Part shown: positions 12,385 through 24,550 of the stretch, piece after piece
How the letters are laid out: each line of letters starts with the position of its first letter
How positions within the stretch are numbered: position 1 is the first letter of the stretch
Origin: Mobula birostris
Lineage: Eukaryota
NCBI RefSeq assembly: GCF_030028105.1
Contig: NC_092387.1
Span: forward strand, 20,469,590-20,533,589
Direction of reading: 5' to 3'
Length of the DNA stretch: 64,000 nt
Position numbers and translations under genes: made by a program
Notes under the pieces: model-generated
The model's database searches: none
Told to the model about the DNA's origin: nothing
The model's input: the letters and a program-made list of their open reading frames with translations, nothing else

Positions 12385-12580
12385 TGTGTCAATAACACAA
12401 AGGAACTGAAGGATGAAGTACTCGTTGTTATGGAGCACCATCCAGAAATGGATGTTTCAATCCATCCCATCGGGAAAAATCCTCTCATGATCAGTTATCA
12501 GAACCACTTCAAGAAAATAGTCGTGGATTCTGTTATTGGTCCCAAAGGAAGAGAGTCCCGTATCCTGTATGTGGCAATGG
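12385..12580 (+). CDS. SEMA7A: Semaphorin-7A-like exon (Sema domain)
   Basis: attgcag acceptor, G|gtaagt donor; CVNNTKELKDEVLVVMEHHPEMDVSIHPIGKNPLMISYQNHFKKIVVDSV...ILYVAM. Confidence 0.93.
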
Positions 12581-12944
12581 GTAAGTGATAATAACCAGCA
12601 GTTTCTGTGAAGGATTTTAAGCTCCACATGAGCTTTCTCTCGTCATTTCCCAGCTAAGTCTCAATTTTATTTCTGCACCTTCTCCCAGCCGCCTTTCAGT
12701 GTAGTTTGGGAAGGATGATGAATGCTTCAAATCTTTCACTGCAGGCCAAGTGACAACTTGCTATCCACTCCTTCCCCTACAGATGAGCCTAGCTGAAATT
12801 CTAAAGCCCTGTTCCTAGTGTTTTCCATCTCTAAGCAATTCCCCATTTCCTACCCATCCACCTATCCCGACCACTCCCGAGCATCTGCTCCTTGAATCCG
12901 TAATGTTTGTGTAAGTAAACTCGCAGGAATACCTGGGCCTGACC

Positions 12945-13475
12945 AATGTATTAAACACCTATTTTAATATCACTGACATACTTTTGTGGCAGCTGTATAT
13001 TGTAATATATAAAAATATTATAAGTGTATAAGTCAAATAAAAATTACTCAGCTCCTCATGGCTACCAGCCTCCATAGTAGTATCCAAGACATCTTCAAGG
13101 AGCGGTGCCTCAGAAAGTGAGCATCCATTATTAAAGACCCCCATCACCCAGGACATGCCCTCTTCTCATTGTTACCGTCAGGAAGGAGGTACAGAAGCCT
13201 GCAGGCACACACTCTGTGATTCAGGAACAGTTTCTTCCCCTCTGCCATCTGATTTCTAAATGGACATTGAACCCATGAACACTACCTTACATTTTTTAAA
13301 TATTATTTCTGTTTATTATTTTTAATTTAACTATTTAATATACATATATATACTGTAATTGATTTATTTTCTATATTTATGATGTATGCATTGTTTTGCT
13401 GCCACTAAGTTAACTAATTTCACGACTTATGCCAGTGATAGTAAAGATAGTAAATCTGATTCTGATATAGTTAGT

Positions 13476-13514
<39 letters not shown>

Positions 13515-13750
13515 TAGATATCGTAGATTGTCAGCTCCAAAATCTGATGATGGAGGGGAAGAAGCTGTTTCCAGAATGTTGAGGGTGTGTTTTCAGACTC
13601 CTGTACTTCCTCCGTGATGGTAACAAAGAGAAGATGGCATGTCCTGGGTGATGCGGCACTCTTAATGATTAATGCAGCCTTTTTGAGGATGTCGTTGATG
13701 CTGGGGAGGCTAGTGCCCATGAAGGAGCTGGGCATGTTGGAGCCTTCTCA
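12945..13750. mobile_element. Cluster of Rex1-like fragments on both strands around a (GA)n tract at 13479-13512
   Basis: IIKDPHHPGHALFSLLPSGRRYRSL-type C-terminal motif on + (13100-13250) and on - (13550-13700). Confidence 0.75.
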
Positions 13751-14319
13751 ATAAATAGTTAAAATCCACTTGATCTTAAGTGGTGGGAGGATGTGATTAA
13801 TCAGCTGATGATTCAGTTCTGGTGAACGTGACCCACCTTGATGCCTGTGTTGTGGATCTATTGCACTCTTTCCATCTGCAATGTGTGCAGACAGAACAGC
13901 CAATTTCCCAAGGTAAATCCTTGCAAGGTGTGACAGGGTATTGTAAAGTAAGTACTTGCATCCTTCACATTGAAGAGTAGTTGATTCTCTTACAAGGTGT
14001 GAATTAAATGGTTTTAAACATCCAAGCCTATGTACAGGGAGTTCCCACAGATAGCAATGTGATAGGCAGCCAAACAGTGTTAAGGATGGGTTATATGAAT
14101 TGATGTTGAAGTAGCTTTCGCTGGAATTAAAAATTCCTTGGGTTTCAATGGAACCACATTTTGGAGAATGCAGAGCACACTGGCTACCACATCACCTGTG
14201 TACTAGCTTGCGGTAAACCTGTAGTTACATTTGCTTCATCATTGTCACATGTACCAAGGTACAGTGAAAAACTTTTGTTCTGCAAACAATCCATTAAGAT
14301 CATTTCAAAACATACCATC

Positions 14320-14336
14320 CTGTGCAAAAGTCTTAG

Positions 14337-14386
<50 letters not shown>

Positions 14387-14770
14387 CTAGGGTGCCTGAG
14401 ATTTTTGCACAGTACTGTATTTGTCAACATGGAGCGGAGAGCGAGTTTGTAAATCTGGTGGGAGCGAAGGATGTTGGGAACAGCGAGGGTGAAGCACCAC
14501 GGGAAGGGTGTGAGACAGGTAGGGCAGGGGCGGGGGGTGGCATGGGTGTAGATACACTCCTCCCCTCTCTCTTCCCCTTTTCCCAAGCATGATTCCCCTC
14601 TCCCTGCCCCCTTCCCACTCTCAGTCCACAACAGAGACCCGTATCAGAATCAGGTTTATCTTCACTCACATACGTCAGTACAACGTAATACATAAAATTA
14701 CCAGAGTCCCATGCAAATGTTTTAGACACTGTAGCTATATATATATGTGTGAGAGGCTTGCACAGTGCTG
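14320..14770. mobile_element. Tc1-type MITE-like composite repeat with internal (CA)n
   Basis: ctgtgcaaaagtcttaggcac / gtgcctgagatttttgcacag inverted pair around (AC)n at 14339-14379; degenerate second pair at 14710-14770. Confidence 0.55.
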
Positions 14771-15905
14771 TGCATACATCATGGTAGTACAATGCTGCAT
14801 ATAGAGTTCCACCGAGTTAAAGAGGAAGTATAGTCCAGGTGAACAATAAGGTGCAAGGGGCCATGTTGAGGTAGATTGTGTGGTACAAGAGTTCATCTTT
14901 ACCCTACAAGAAGTCCATTCAGCAGCCTTAAAAGAGCGGGATAAAAGTTGTCCTTGCACCTGGTGGTCAGTTTTCATGTGATTGTATCTTTTGTTTGAGA
15001 GGAGCGGGAAGAAGAGAGAATGACTAGGGTGGGAGGGGAGATTGATTATGCTTGCTGCTTTCCCAAGGCAGGGGGAGGTATAAGTCTCAGGAATTATAGA
15101 GCAGTATCCCCACCAGAAGAAAACTGCCTTCAAGATTCATAGAGTCAGGAGAAAGAAACCGGTGTCGGTGTAGATCAGCCTCAGATTACCTGAGGGTTGG
15201 AACTAGCTTCCCCGTTCCTACATTACAACTTTTGCCTTTACGTGATCCTGACTTGTCTCCTGCAGTCTTCAGGTTCTGTACCTCTAACCTTCAGAGGAGT
15301 CAATAAACTTAAATCCTGTTCACCTTCTTGCGGAGACTAAACACTAATGTTTTGAAAATAGTCAAATTCCCCTTAGAATCCTGCCTTAAATTAACCCCAA
15401 CCAAGTCAATGACCCAAGTCAAGTTAGGCCTGTGGTTACTGTATCTTCAGATCACTTGCGATGTTGCACTGGGCTGACGGGTGTGAGGTTGTTATGGTTT
15501 CTCTCCATTTCTGGTAATTGTTCAGGGATAATAACCCACGGAGCGCATCGCTTCCTCAGAGGGGGTGGGCTGCTGAATCACAGGAAGCTCACCATCTCTC
15601 TGGGTGTGGAAGCCCTGTGTCTCACAGAGAGCTCATCCAGCTTCGGCAAGCCTGGGTAAGTTCTGTCAAGTGTTTGTGAGTTCTCCTCACCCAGGTTGAC
15701 TGGAGTGGGTGACTGGGGAAAATGTGGGTGTAGTCCCCTACAGCCCATATGGGACCAGCTAAACAAGGTAATGGACTGGGTAAGAAGGTCCTACCTAGCC
15801 AATCAATGGTTTCCATTATATTATATAGTCAGTCCTCTCCATGATTGTTCAGCTGAGTGGACAATGCATTGACTGTGTTAGTCCCAGATACTTGGGATGC
15901 AGTCA

Positions 15906-15990
15906 GTCTCTCACTCACAGTCTCTCTCTCTCGCTCTCTCTCTCTTTGTCACACTCTCTCTCACTCTCACTCACCCTCTCTCTCTCCTGT
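15906..15990. repeat. Imperfect (CT)n microsatellite
   Basis: Direct reading. Confidence 0.9.
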
Positions 15991-16067
15991 ACAGTGTCAC
16001 ACCGTGAGCAATGTGAATTCCTATTGTTCCCATATTTCTGAAATCTCGGGTTATCTTTCATCCACAG

Positions 16068-16183
16068 GAGACGGTAAAATCCAGAAGGTTCTTGAGATTG
16101 GTTCCCCAGCCTTCATTATAGCAGAGCTTTCTGTTTTAAAAGAACCTGCGCCAATTCTATCGATGTCCCTTGACTCGAACAAG
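16068..16183 (+). CDS. SEMA7A: Semaphorin-7A-like exon (Sema domain end)
   Basis: ccacag acceptor, AAG|gtaagt donor; GDGKIQKVLEIGSPAFIIAELSVLKEPAPILSMSLDSNK. Confidence 0.93.
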
Positions 16184-16325
16184 GTAAGTGCAAAGATCAG
16201 TGGTCACCCCCTGACCTGCAAATGCAAGCCAGTCATAGCAATAACCAGAAATATTTATATTAAAACTTTGAAAATAACTGTAGTACAAATATTGACATTG
16301 AAAGAATTTCACTTTTTCTTTCCAG

Positions 16326-16486
16326 AAACTTCTGTACGTCACATCTGCCAAGGAGCAGGTTCGATTCCCACTAGTGCAGTGTGAGCTATACCATGGAAAC
16401 TGCGGGGAATGTGTTCAGGCCAGAGATCCTTCCTGTGGATGGGATATTCAGAGACAGAAATGTGTCCCCATCACACCCAGTTCTAA
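16326..16486 (+). CDS. SEMA7A: Semaphorin-7A-like exon (PSI domain)
   Basis: Polypyrimidine tract plus ccag acceptor, AA|gtacgt donor; KLLYVTSAKEQVRFPLVQCELYHGNCGECVQARDPSCGWDIQRQKCVPI shows the PSI cysteine pattern. Confidence 0.95.
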
Positions 16487-17337
16487 GTACGTCCTTCAAT
16501 TATTTTCTTCGTCTGTACGAAATCCAGACTGAAGGTCTGGTTCAGTACTGAGGGAGAGCTGCACCACTGAATGGGTTAACCCTTTAGTGACCCATGAAAC
16601 CAGGGCCCCGGCTGTTTTGTCAGCTGGACACTAAACATCTCACTGAGCACGTCCATGTAACAAGGGAATCCTCCAAGTTATCCAGTCACTGTCCCTCACC
16701 TAGTGACACATTGGGTGCTGATGTTCATGCGGCTGGATTGTGGTGCATAAGTTGGCTTCAGTAAATTCTGCATTGAACAGTATTTTGCGGAGAGAAAAGG
16801 GACATGGACACACTGTTATATATTTGCTTTTTCATCAGTCCATGTGTTTGTGTGTGCCAGCTCCTCACTCAATACAGTCGGCACTGAGGGGAATTTTTCC
16901 CAGTATTTGTGTCTGAGAGAACAGGTAGCTGGGCAGGGAAATGGCGATTACTGCTGTTGGATTTCCATTGTGGCTGACACTCACTTGTAAATGTTGTGCA
17001 GGAGCTCCGTTTAGATACGCGATAGGTTTTTCCATTAATGTGGGGATATTTGTCCAATGATTATGATGGGCCAATTTTCAGTGCAGTCTACAATGTCCAA
17101 ACCAATGCATACTGACTTTTTGATTCCTCTTATTAGTTTAGGATACATTATCCAACCCAGTGCCCACTTAGAAACAGCCTGGCATCTGATCTGAGGCCAA
17201 TACAGTACAGAACCTAACAATGAATCTGACGGCGGCTAGCAGTAGATTTCCAACGCAATCCCTTCTCAGTGCAGAACCTGGAACAAGCTGCCAATGGAAG
17301 TGCTAGAAACAGATAGAATTCCATCAATTAAGACGAC

Positions 17338-17417
17338 CAGGGGTTCTCAAAGTTTTTTATGCCATGGACCCCTGTCATTAACCGAGGGATCCATGGACTC
17401 CAGGTTGGGAACCTCTG
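17338..17417. mobile_element. About 80-bp hAT-like MITE
   Basis: TIRs caggggttctcaa / ttgggaacctctg; second copy at 54111-54190. Confidence 0.8.
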
Positions 17418-18419
17418 GTTGAGGTAAACACAATGATGGACAGGAAAGAGAAAGGATATGAACATTGTGCAGGAAAGTAAGATTAGTTAGAATAGCATGA
17501 TAGTGGGTGAAGACAGGGAGGGCTATACAGCCAGTTCCTGTGGCATAATGTTCTACATTCTATATTCTATAACCCAATATCCTATCCAAAGACTGGAGCA
17601 TCTATTAACCAATCTGTTTCCCTTTATCAATATGCTACCAGGTACCTAATTCAGTGACCCCTTTACTGGTCAGTGTCCTTTATCTGGCACGATGTGCACT
17701 GCCGTTACCCGTAGTAGATGAGGAACTTAATTTAGAATCCTGTTTTTTTTTTTAAAACTCATGGCTACACAAGGGGAACCATTCACCAGCTCCTGACTTT
17801 TGAGTCCTAAACCACTGGGTAACAAGCTTTCGGACTCGTAACAAGATTGTCCTCAATATGCATTTCTACTGCAGCCAGACAAGGTTGTCATGGCATTTGA
17901 CACCGATCTCCAGAAGGGAGGAAATTCTGTGGTAGAAGGCATGGCTGCCAGTAGCAATTCCAAGAAAACGTAGGATGCATGGCAGCCTGGATATGGAGTT
18001 GCCGAGGACCTTGGGGGTGGGGGGGTGGTCGAGCTTGAGAGTGATGCAGTGTTACAGAGAGGCAAGGGCTTAGGGGAGAATTGGACCCTAGGGATCGCTG
18101 GATCACAGTCTGGGGCAGGTCAGTCCTGGTGTGAGTGTGACCTGGTAGGAACCGGGGCACAGCAGGACTCTCACAAGCTGCTGCCAAGATATTTTCCCCA
18201 ACAAATTAGTGAGAGAAGTAGAGAATCTAGGAAACAGGAAGTAAAACAGTTTTGTTTATGTATCACTGCTTCTGACTGTCTCACTACTGGCCATGTAATG
18301 ATGTTGTAAAGGAGGGGTGTCTAAGGGGGTGAAAGCATTATTTTGCCAACACTAACTGGTGGAGGGTGGGTTCCCCTCTCTCAGTACAGATGCTGAATTC
18401 TGCATTCCGTTTCATTTAG

Positions 18420-18472
18420 GAGGACTGTCCAACAAGATCTCAAGAATGGTGACGGCTGTGTCCATGGTTCAG
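18420..18472 (+). CDS. SEMA7A: Semaphorin-7A-like small exon (PSI-Ig linker)
   Basis: catttag acceptor, G|gtgaga donor; RTVQQDLKNGDGCVHGS; its 53 nt exactly reconcile phase 2 to phase 1 between the flanking exons. Confidence 0.85.
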
Positions 18473-18894
18473 GTGAGAAATAGTCCGATGATGCACAGTT
18501 TCTCTCCTCTGCTTACAGGTTCAGTTCTCACCTGAAAGCGTACATTTTCTGCAAGGTCCATTTGCGGCCACTGACACAGTATAGTCGGAACCGTTTATAA
18601 GCAATGTGCATATCCTGTAAAGGAGACCACTCTATTTTTGATATCCTTTTGCTTTCTGATGTTTGAGTTATGAAATGAAGACTCTCTTCCTCTTTCTGTG
18701 TGGACCAAGCAAAACAGGAGCAACAGTGAGGCCTCTGTAAAACAGCAGGTTCAGGCAGAGATCATTGTAGTCACTGTCAGGGCCTTTGGATATGGCTCAG
18801 TGTGAGGGGAGAGAGAGAGACACACACACATTGAAGTGGGTCGATTATTCACGGACTTTAATTTGAACCCGATCTTAAGGGAAAGGAAAATAAT

Positions 18895-19675
18895 AAGCAA
18901 CACATACAAAATGCTGGAGGAACTCAGCAGGCCAGGCAGCACATATGGAAAAAGGTACAGTCAGCGTTTCGGGCCGAGATCCTTCGGCAGGACTGGAGAA
19001 GAAAGATGAGGAGTAGATGTAAAAGGTGGGGGAGGGGGAGAAAGAAACACAAGGTAATAGGTGAAACCAGGAAGGGGAGAAATGAAGTCGATTGGTAAAA
19101 GAAATACAGGGCTGGAGAAGGCGGAGTCTGATAGGAGGGAACAGAAGGCCATGGAAGAAACAAAAGTGGGTTAGGGCGATGGGCAAGCAAGGAGATAATG
19201 AGATGGGGAATGGTGAAAGGAGGGGACCATTAGCTGAAGCTCAAGAAATCGACACCCCCCCCCCCCCCACGCCTTCACTATTTCCCATCCCCTTTTCCCT
19301 CTATCACCTTATCTCCTTGCCTGCCCATCGCCTCCCTCTGGTGCTCCACCCCCTCTTTTTCTTCCATGGCCTTCTGTTCTCTCCTATCGGACTCCCCCTT
19401 CTCCAGCTCAGTATCTCTTTCACCAATCAACTTCCCAGCTCTTCATTCCAGTCCCCCTCCTGGTTTCACCTATCACCTTGTGTTACTCCCTCCTCTCCCC
19501 CACCTTTCAAATCTACTGCTCATCTTTTTTTCTTTCTGCTCCTGCTGAAGGGTTTTCACCTGAAACGCTGACTGTACTTTTTTCCATGGATGCTGCCTGG
19601 CTTGCTGAATTCCTCCAGCATTTTGTGTGTGTTGCTCGGATTTCCAGCACCTGCAGAATTACTCTTGTCTGTGAC
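18895..19675. mobile_element. Penelope-like terminal repeats arranged as an inverted pair
   Basis: Minus copy about 18895-19250 and plus copy about 19250-19675 of the repeat that follows the GIY-YIG ORF at 32466. Confidence 0.85.
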
Positions 19676-20243
19676 TGGAAAACAATAAACGCTAGGCCAA
19701 ACAGGGCCATAACTAAAACGGAAAACTAGATGGCAACACCGCAAATATCTAAATATAAAACAAACAGCGCTGGTCTCCAGCATAAATCGAATTGATAGAC
19801 CACATTCTCAGACAGGATTGAATGCAAGCAGGCAACATAATGTTACTGTGCTTTGCTCAAGTCTCAACAAGCATTACAACGAAAAGGGAGTTAAATACCA
19901 GCAAAATTAAACAGGCATTAGCTGAAATGTGCACATTCATAAGCGCAGTTGCCAAGAGCCCCTGCAGCAGAGTCTGTGGCTGTGACTATCACAGTTTAAG
20001 CAGAGGGGCACAGCTTTGGGGAGAACACAAAGTTGCAGGGATAACTTTTGCAGCAAGCTCACATGGATGTTGGGCCAAATGGCCTTCTGTGTTGATAACA
20101 TTTGGAATCCACAGTGGTCAGTTGCCTGAACTGATATAATTGTCAAGAGCGCTTGAGCCTGATATAAAATCTCAGAAGTCCTGTGAGCTGAAGAGAGCTG
20201 TAACAATCCAGCAAACTAATTATGTCCGTCTTTCTCCTTGCAG

Positions 20244-20602
20244 TTGCTCGCCAGCATTCCTCACGGCAGAAAATCCCCCAGGACTGGCCGGTGCTCCCTC
20301 TATCTCTTGAGAAACAGGTCCCCGTGTACCTGCCCTGCCCAAAGAAATCCTATCACGCTGATTACTCGTGGAGATTCAATGATAGCAAGGAGCTGCCCTG
20401 TTCTTCAAACGGTGATAACTGTCTGCTGTTCTTAAGTAAACTTTCTGAAGCTGATATTGGCTTTTATGAATGTTTTTCAAATGAAAGAGGAGTGAGACAT
20501 CGTCATGCTGTTTACGTGATTGAGGACAACGGCAGCTCTTCAATTCACCTCTCCAGTGTTACGTTCTCTGTGTTGATGGCAGTCATTTTTCAACTTCCCT
20601 GA
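20244..20602 (+). CDS. SEMA7A: Semaphorin-7A-like terminal coding exon (Ig-like domain and putative GPI signal)
   Basis: ctccttgcag acceptor; YLPCPKKSYHADYSW...NCLLFLSKLSEADIGFYECFS Ig motif, then DNGSSS and a hydrophobic tail ending at TGA 20600-20602, with no cytoplasmic domain (class 7 architecture). Confidence 0.93.
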
Positions 20603-21109
20603 TGAATCTGAGTGATGTTTCTCTGACAACCATCCTGTCAACAAACATTTCCCATCCTTCCCTGAGGCTCCAGGTTCAGTCAGCCAGCCAACACCAAACA
20701 TCCAGGGTTTCAGATGGTGATCTTGTTCAGATGTTCTTTAAATAATTCCCAGATATCAGATCATTACTTCTCATTTGTGAGGCTAGAAATTTGAGGAAAA
20801 ATGCAGCCCTTTATTATCTTGGAAATTTGGATTTAGTCTTTGAAGTTTCCACTGACCAAAGCAACAGCTGAATAATGATCCAAATGCTCTAATTACTTAG
20901 TAGGTCAGGCAGTGTCTGTGGAGGGAGAATCTGAGTTAAAGTTTCAGGATGTTGACTTGTCAGTTAGACAAAATTGCTTTATTTCTTTTTTCAATTTGCA
21001 TGGTTTTCAAAGATTGAATCTGAATCCATCTGTCAATTTATGACTCGGCTCATTATTGTCAGGGAAAGAGTAAATAGATTTAAGCTTTTATGTCTGTTTC
21101 CTGTTTGAA

Positions 21110-21910
21110 CTCAGCAAAACTGGTGATGCAGTGGATAGTGAGGAAAGTTGTCTAAAGCTACAAAAAAGTTATAGATTCTATAGGAAAATGAACAAAGGAA
21201 TGGTAGTGGACAAAGGAATGGAATAGGGAAGCTAGAGTAGATGAGAATGGTGGGGCCCTGGTGAATGGTGTAGAACAAGAAGACCCAAGACTAGAAGTAC
21301 ACGACCCCCTGAAAGTGATGATGGAGGTGGACAGAGTGGTGAAGAAGGCTTGTTGCATCGCTGGCCATAGCACTCAGTACAAGAATTGGGACATCACATC
21401 TCTGTTGTGCAAAACGTGGGTCCGATTGCACAGAGTGCTGTCTGCAGTTCTGTTTGCCAGGCCACGTGAAGCATGTCATTCAACTAGAGAGGATGCAGAA
21501 AAGACTCGAAAGCATGTTGCCTGGAGTGGAGGGTTGGAGGAAATAGGAGAGATTGGACAGGCCAGGACTTTTTCTGAAGTGAAGAAGGATGAGGGGAGTC
21601 CTTAGAGATGTTTATAAAATTATGAGGGTCACAGATAGGTTAGGTAGCTGCAGGCTTTTTCTCAGGGTGGGGGAATCTAAAGCTAGATAGCATTGGTTTA
21701 AGGTGAGTGGGGATCTGAGAGACAGAAAGTGGTGGATATGCAGATAGAAAAGTTGGTAGAGGTGGGTAAAATCGCAATGTTTTAAAGACATTTAGGCAGA
21801 TACATGGACAGGAAAACTTTAGAGGGATATTGGCCAAATGCAGGCAATGGGAGTAGGTCGGCTAGCATGGAGTTGTGCTGAAGGGCCCGTTTCTGTGCTG
21901 TGTGCCATGG
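21110..21910 (+). mobile_element. Degenerate CR1-clade LINE 3' part
   Basis: HDPLKV...VDRVVKKA motif and 3' gggcccgtttctgtgctgt tail. Confidence 0.8.
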
Positions 21911-22289
21911 CGCTAATTGTCAGAGGCTGTCACAACCCACACCACCGCACTCATTGATCTCCTCCTGGCTATTACCCCAGAAACCTGGACCAGGTGAGCC
22001 AGTGAGGAAACTAGAGCTCACTCTGGGATTTTCTGATGTGTGATGGTGTTCCACAGGTGAAAGGGCACTGAGTAACTAAGTTCATTTTCTGTTCCAAACC
22101 ACACTAGCCAGAGGAAGGGAGGCAACCTCTGTGCATGCCAGTCCAAAGCAACATTCTCCTGCCAGGTGCTGGGAGGAGTGGCTGTATCTGTGGAGAAATC
22201 CATCCAGATCTAAGGTCACAGCACAGAGTGGGTGACATTGCTGCATGGGGGTGGGGGGAGGGGTTGGACGAATGAGGGTCTGAGGGTGA

Positions 22290-22490
22290 TAGTAGGTGGA
22301 GAACTAATAGTGTGGAGAATAGACAGTCACTTCCAGGATTGGGGCCTGCCTCCTGATGCCAGGGCCAAAGATACCACAGGCTATCTGTAGGGCATTCTAA
22401 AAGGGGTTGGATAAACAAGCAGAGGTCCTGATGAGCAGGTAGAAAGAGGAAGGAGGTCCTGTAACGTGAATCAGGTGAGCTAGGTCGGGA
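22290..22490 (+). mobile_element. CR1 ORF1 (esterase-like) remnant
   Basis: Degenerate CLP.ARAKD...ILKG...GRKRKEVL similarity to the ORF1 at 61010-61396. Confidence 0.5.
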
Positions 22491-23099
22491 CTCTGTGACA
22501 GACTTTGAGAAGTGAAGTGCATGTTGTCGAGGGCCAACAAGTAACCATTTCATTGCAGTAAAGTTAGTGTGGGATGGGAGTCTGTACTTAGATAGGGACG
22601 TTTTCCTTCAGCATGTATTTCCCCACCCATTGCCCTCTCTCTGACTGTACTCTAGCAACTTGCCCTCAAAATCATCTTGATTGGTTGGAGTTGGCAGGCG
22701 ATTTGACCCTGAGCATCAGGAGCCCGCATCATCCATCCCTACCCAGAGTCCCCACTGTGTACACCCAGTCACTCTAGTCTGTTGTGTGATAATATGCGTA
22801 AGATACTCCTGCTTTGAGTAACTTTTCCAGCCTTTTCTACAGAAAGAAAAGCTAACATTGCTAATAGTGTCAGCAGAAAATGATACTTAATGCTCCGACA
22901 TACTTCTGCGCAGTTTTTTACAGGGACTAGGTGCACCGAGACATCGTCGGGCTGCTTTGGAATTCAGGTTGACCCTGGCTAATCTGTAGCTCAAATCCTG
23001 GGTTAACCAGGGCAGGGGTGTGGTGAGATGGGGCAACGGGGGTCAGAGTTAAGAATGGAAAGACTGATCTCCCTTGGTCTGGGATGTTTAAGCCACAGA

Positions 23100-23320
23100 A
23101 GCCATGGAAAGCAATGCCTTACAGTACCAGCAACCTGGGTGTAATTCCGGTTGCTGTCCGTAAGGAGTTTGTCTGTTCTCCCTGAGACTGTGTGGGTTTC
23201 CTCCGGGTGATTAATTGGCCATTGAAAATTGTCCTGTGACTAGGCTCGGGTTAAATTGGGGGGGGTGGTGGTGCTGGGAGCCTGGCTGGAAGAACCTATT
23301 CCATGCTATTTCTCAATATA
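23100..23320 (+). mobile_element. Degenerate V-SINE
   Basis: gctgtccgtaaggagtttgtctgttctccctgagactgtgtgggtttcctccgggtg V-domain-like core. Confidence 0.65.
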
Positions 23321-24374
23321 TAAAAAAATATATTTAAATGTTTAGGCAACATGCCTTCTGCTAGAAAACACAACCTAGCCAACAGTTGTTCTGAACTGGA
23401 ATTTTCTGATGTATGGGCATTATCAATAAGTATTTTAAAAGGGAATTTGATCGACATCCAGGGAATGGAGTTATCAGGGAGATGGAGAAATGAGGATATT
23501 TCAACAAAGGCTGGCATTGACTAATGGGACAAGTGGCCTTCTGAGCCATTGTGTTTCCATAAACATAGGGTTTGGTGGGGGGGGGTTGGTTGGGTTAATC
23601 TGGAACTGAGTGGGGGAATTCGATGTAATGTGGATAAGTGTGTACAGAAGGTGAAAACTAATGCTGCCACACGAATGTGACAGCAGGGTAGAAGGAGGAG
23701 AGCACTGTATCAGTGTATGTGAAGTCGGGTGCATTCTATGATACTAAGGCAGAGTTGCACATTTTCAGCTGCTCAAAGTTTTGTTGTTTGTCTTATGCAA
23801 TTCAAACGGAACACAAATATTTTGGGTGGTCTGACATTGTGCTGTTCACATCCTGAAGATTTTAAAGGAGGTTCATGGATTTAGGTTCTGTGGTATACTC
23901 TGGATCCGACGAGGGAGTTCCAACAATTATTGTCCATGGGGAAGCAGAGATGCAGCCACTGAAGAATGTAACATCGCGCTCAAAATGTCACCTTCTCCAA
24001 CAGGCTTGTAGATTCTTCACAGTCCCAACAAAAGCCAGATACTATGGACACTGGAAATCCCAAAGGAAAGCAAAAACTGTCCTGGAGTAGATCAGGCAGT
24101 AACAGAGAGAGGAAAACAAAATTAACAGTTTTGGCTGTTTAGTAGAAAGTTTCTCTCTGTGTGCAGTACAGTGAGCACAAGTCCCAGGCCCAGGTCTAGG
24201 GCTGTGTTTCACTGTGAATGGATGAATCAACTCTGAGCTGTTACCATGGTGTTTTACAGGAATTTTGACACCCAGTACATTCCTGGAGCAGATCTGTTCA
24301 CATTTGAGGGATGGATTTATACCTCAGTATCTTTGTAGGAAGGAAATTGCCTTTTAAACTCACAAGAGAGCATA

Positions 24375-24550
24375 CGCCATCAACTTTTTGCTGTTGATGT
24401 TTCTGTTAGAAGGCAATTTCTTTTTTTACAATGTGGAGTTGCTAGCTTGATGGTCAAGCCAGCAGGTGCCCATGGAGCCGGCTGGGTTCGAACTCGGGAG
24501 CCTTCGCTCTGAAGTCTGGCGCTGATGCCACTACGCCACCAGCCGGCCCC
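24375..24550 (-). mobile_element. tRNA-derived SINE fragment
   Basis: Minus strand A box TGGCGTAGTGG and B box GAGTTCGAACCC, continuing into a non-tRNA body. Confidence 0.65.

Noticed and set aside
15857-16384. 175-aa ORF spanning the CT repeat
   Set aside because: Composite of microsatellite, the true exon 16068-16183 and intron
16065-18422. NAGNAG alternative acceptors (cagGAG at 16065-16070, tagGAG at 18417-18422)
   Set aside because: GAG is a poor distal acceptor and there is no transcript evidence
24470-24550. Possible tRNA gene on the minus strand
   Set aside because: A and B boxes are present but it runs into a SINE-like body; no convincing full cloverleaf with terminator
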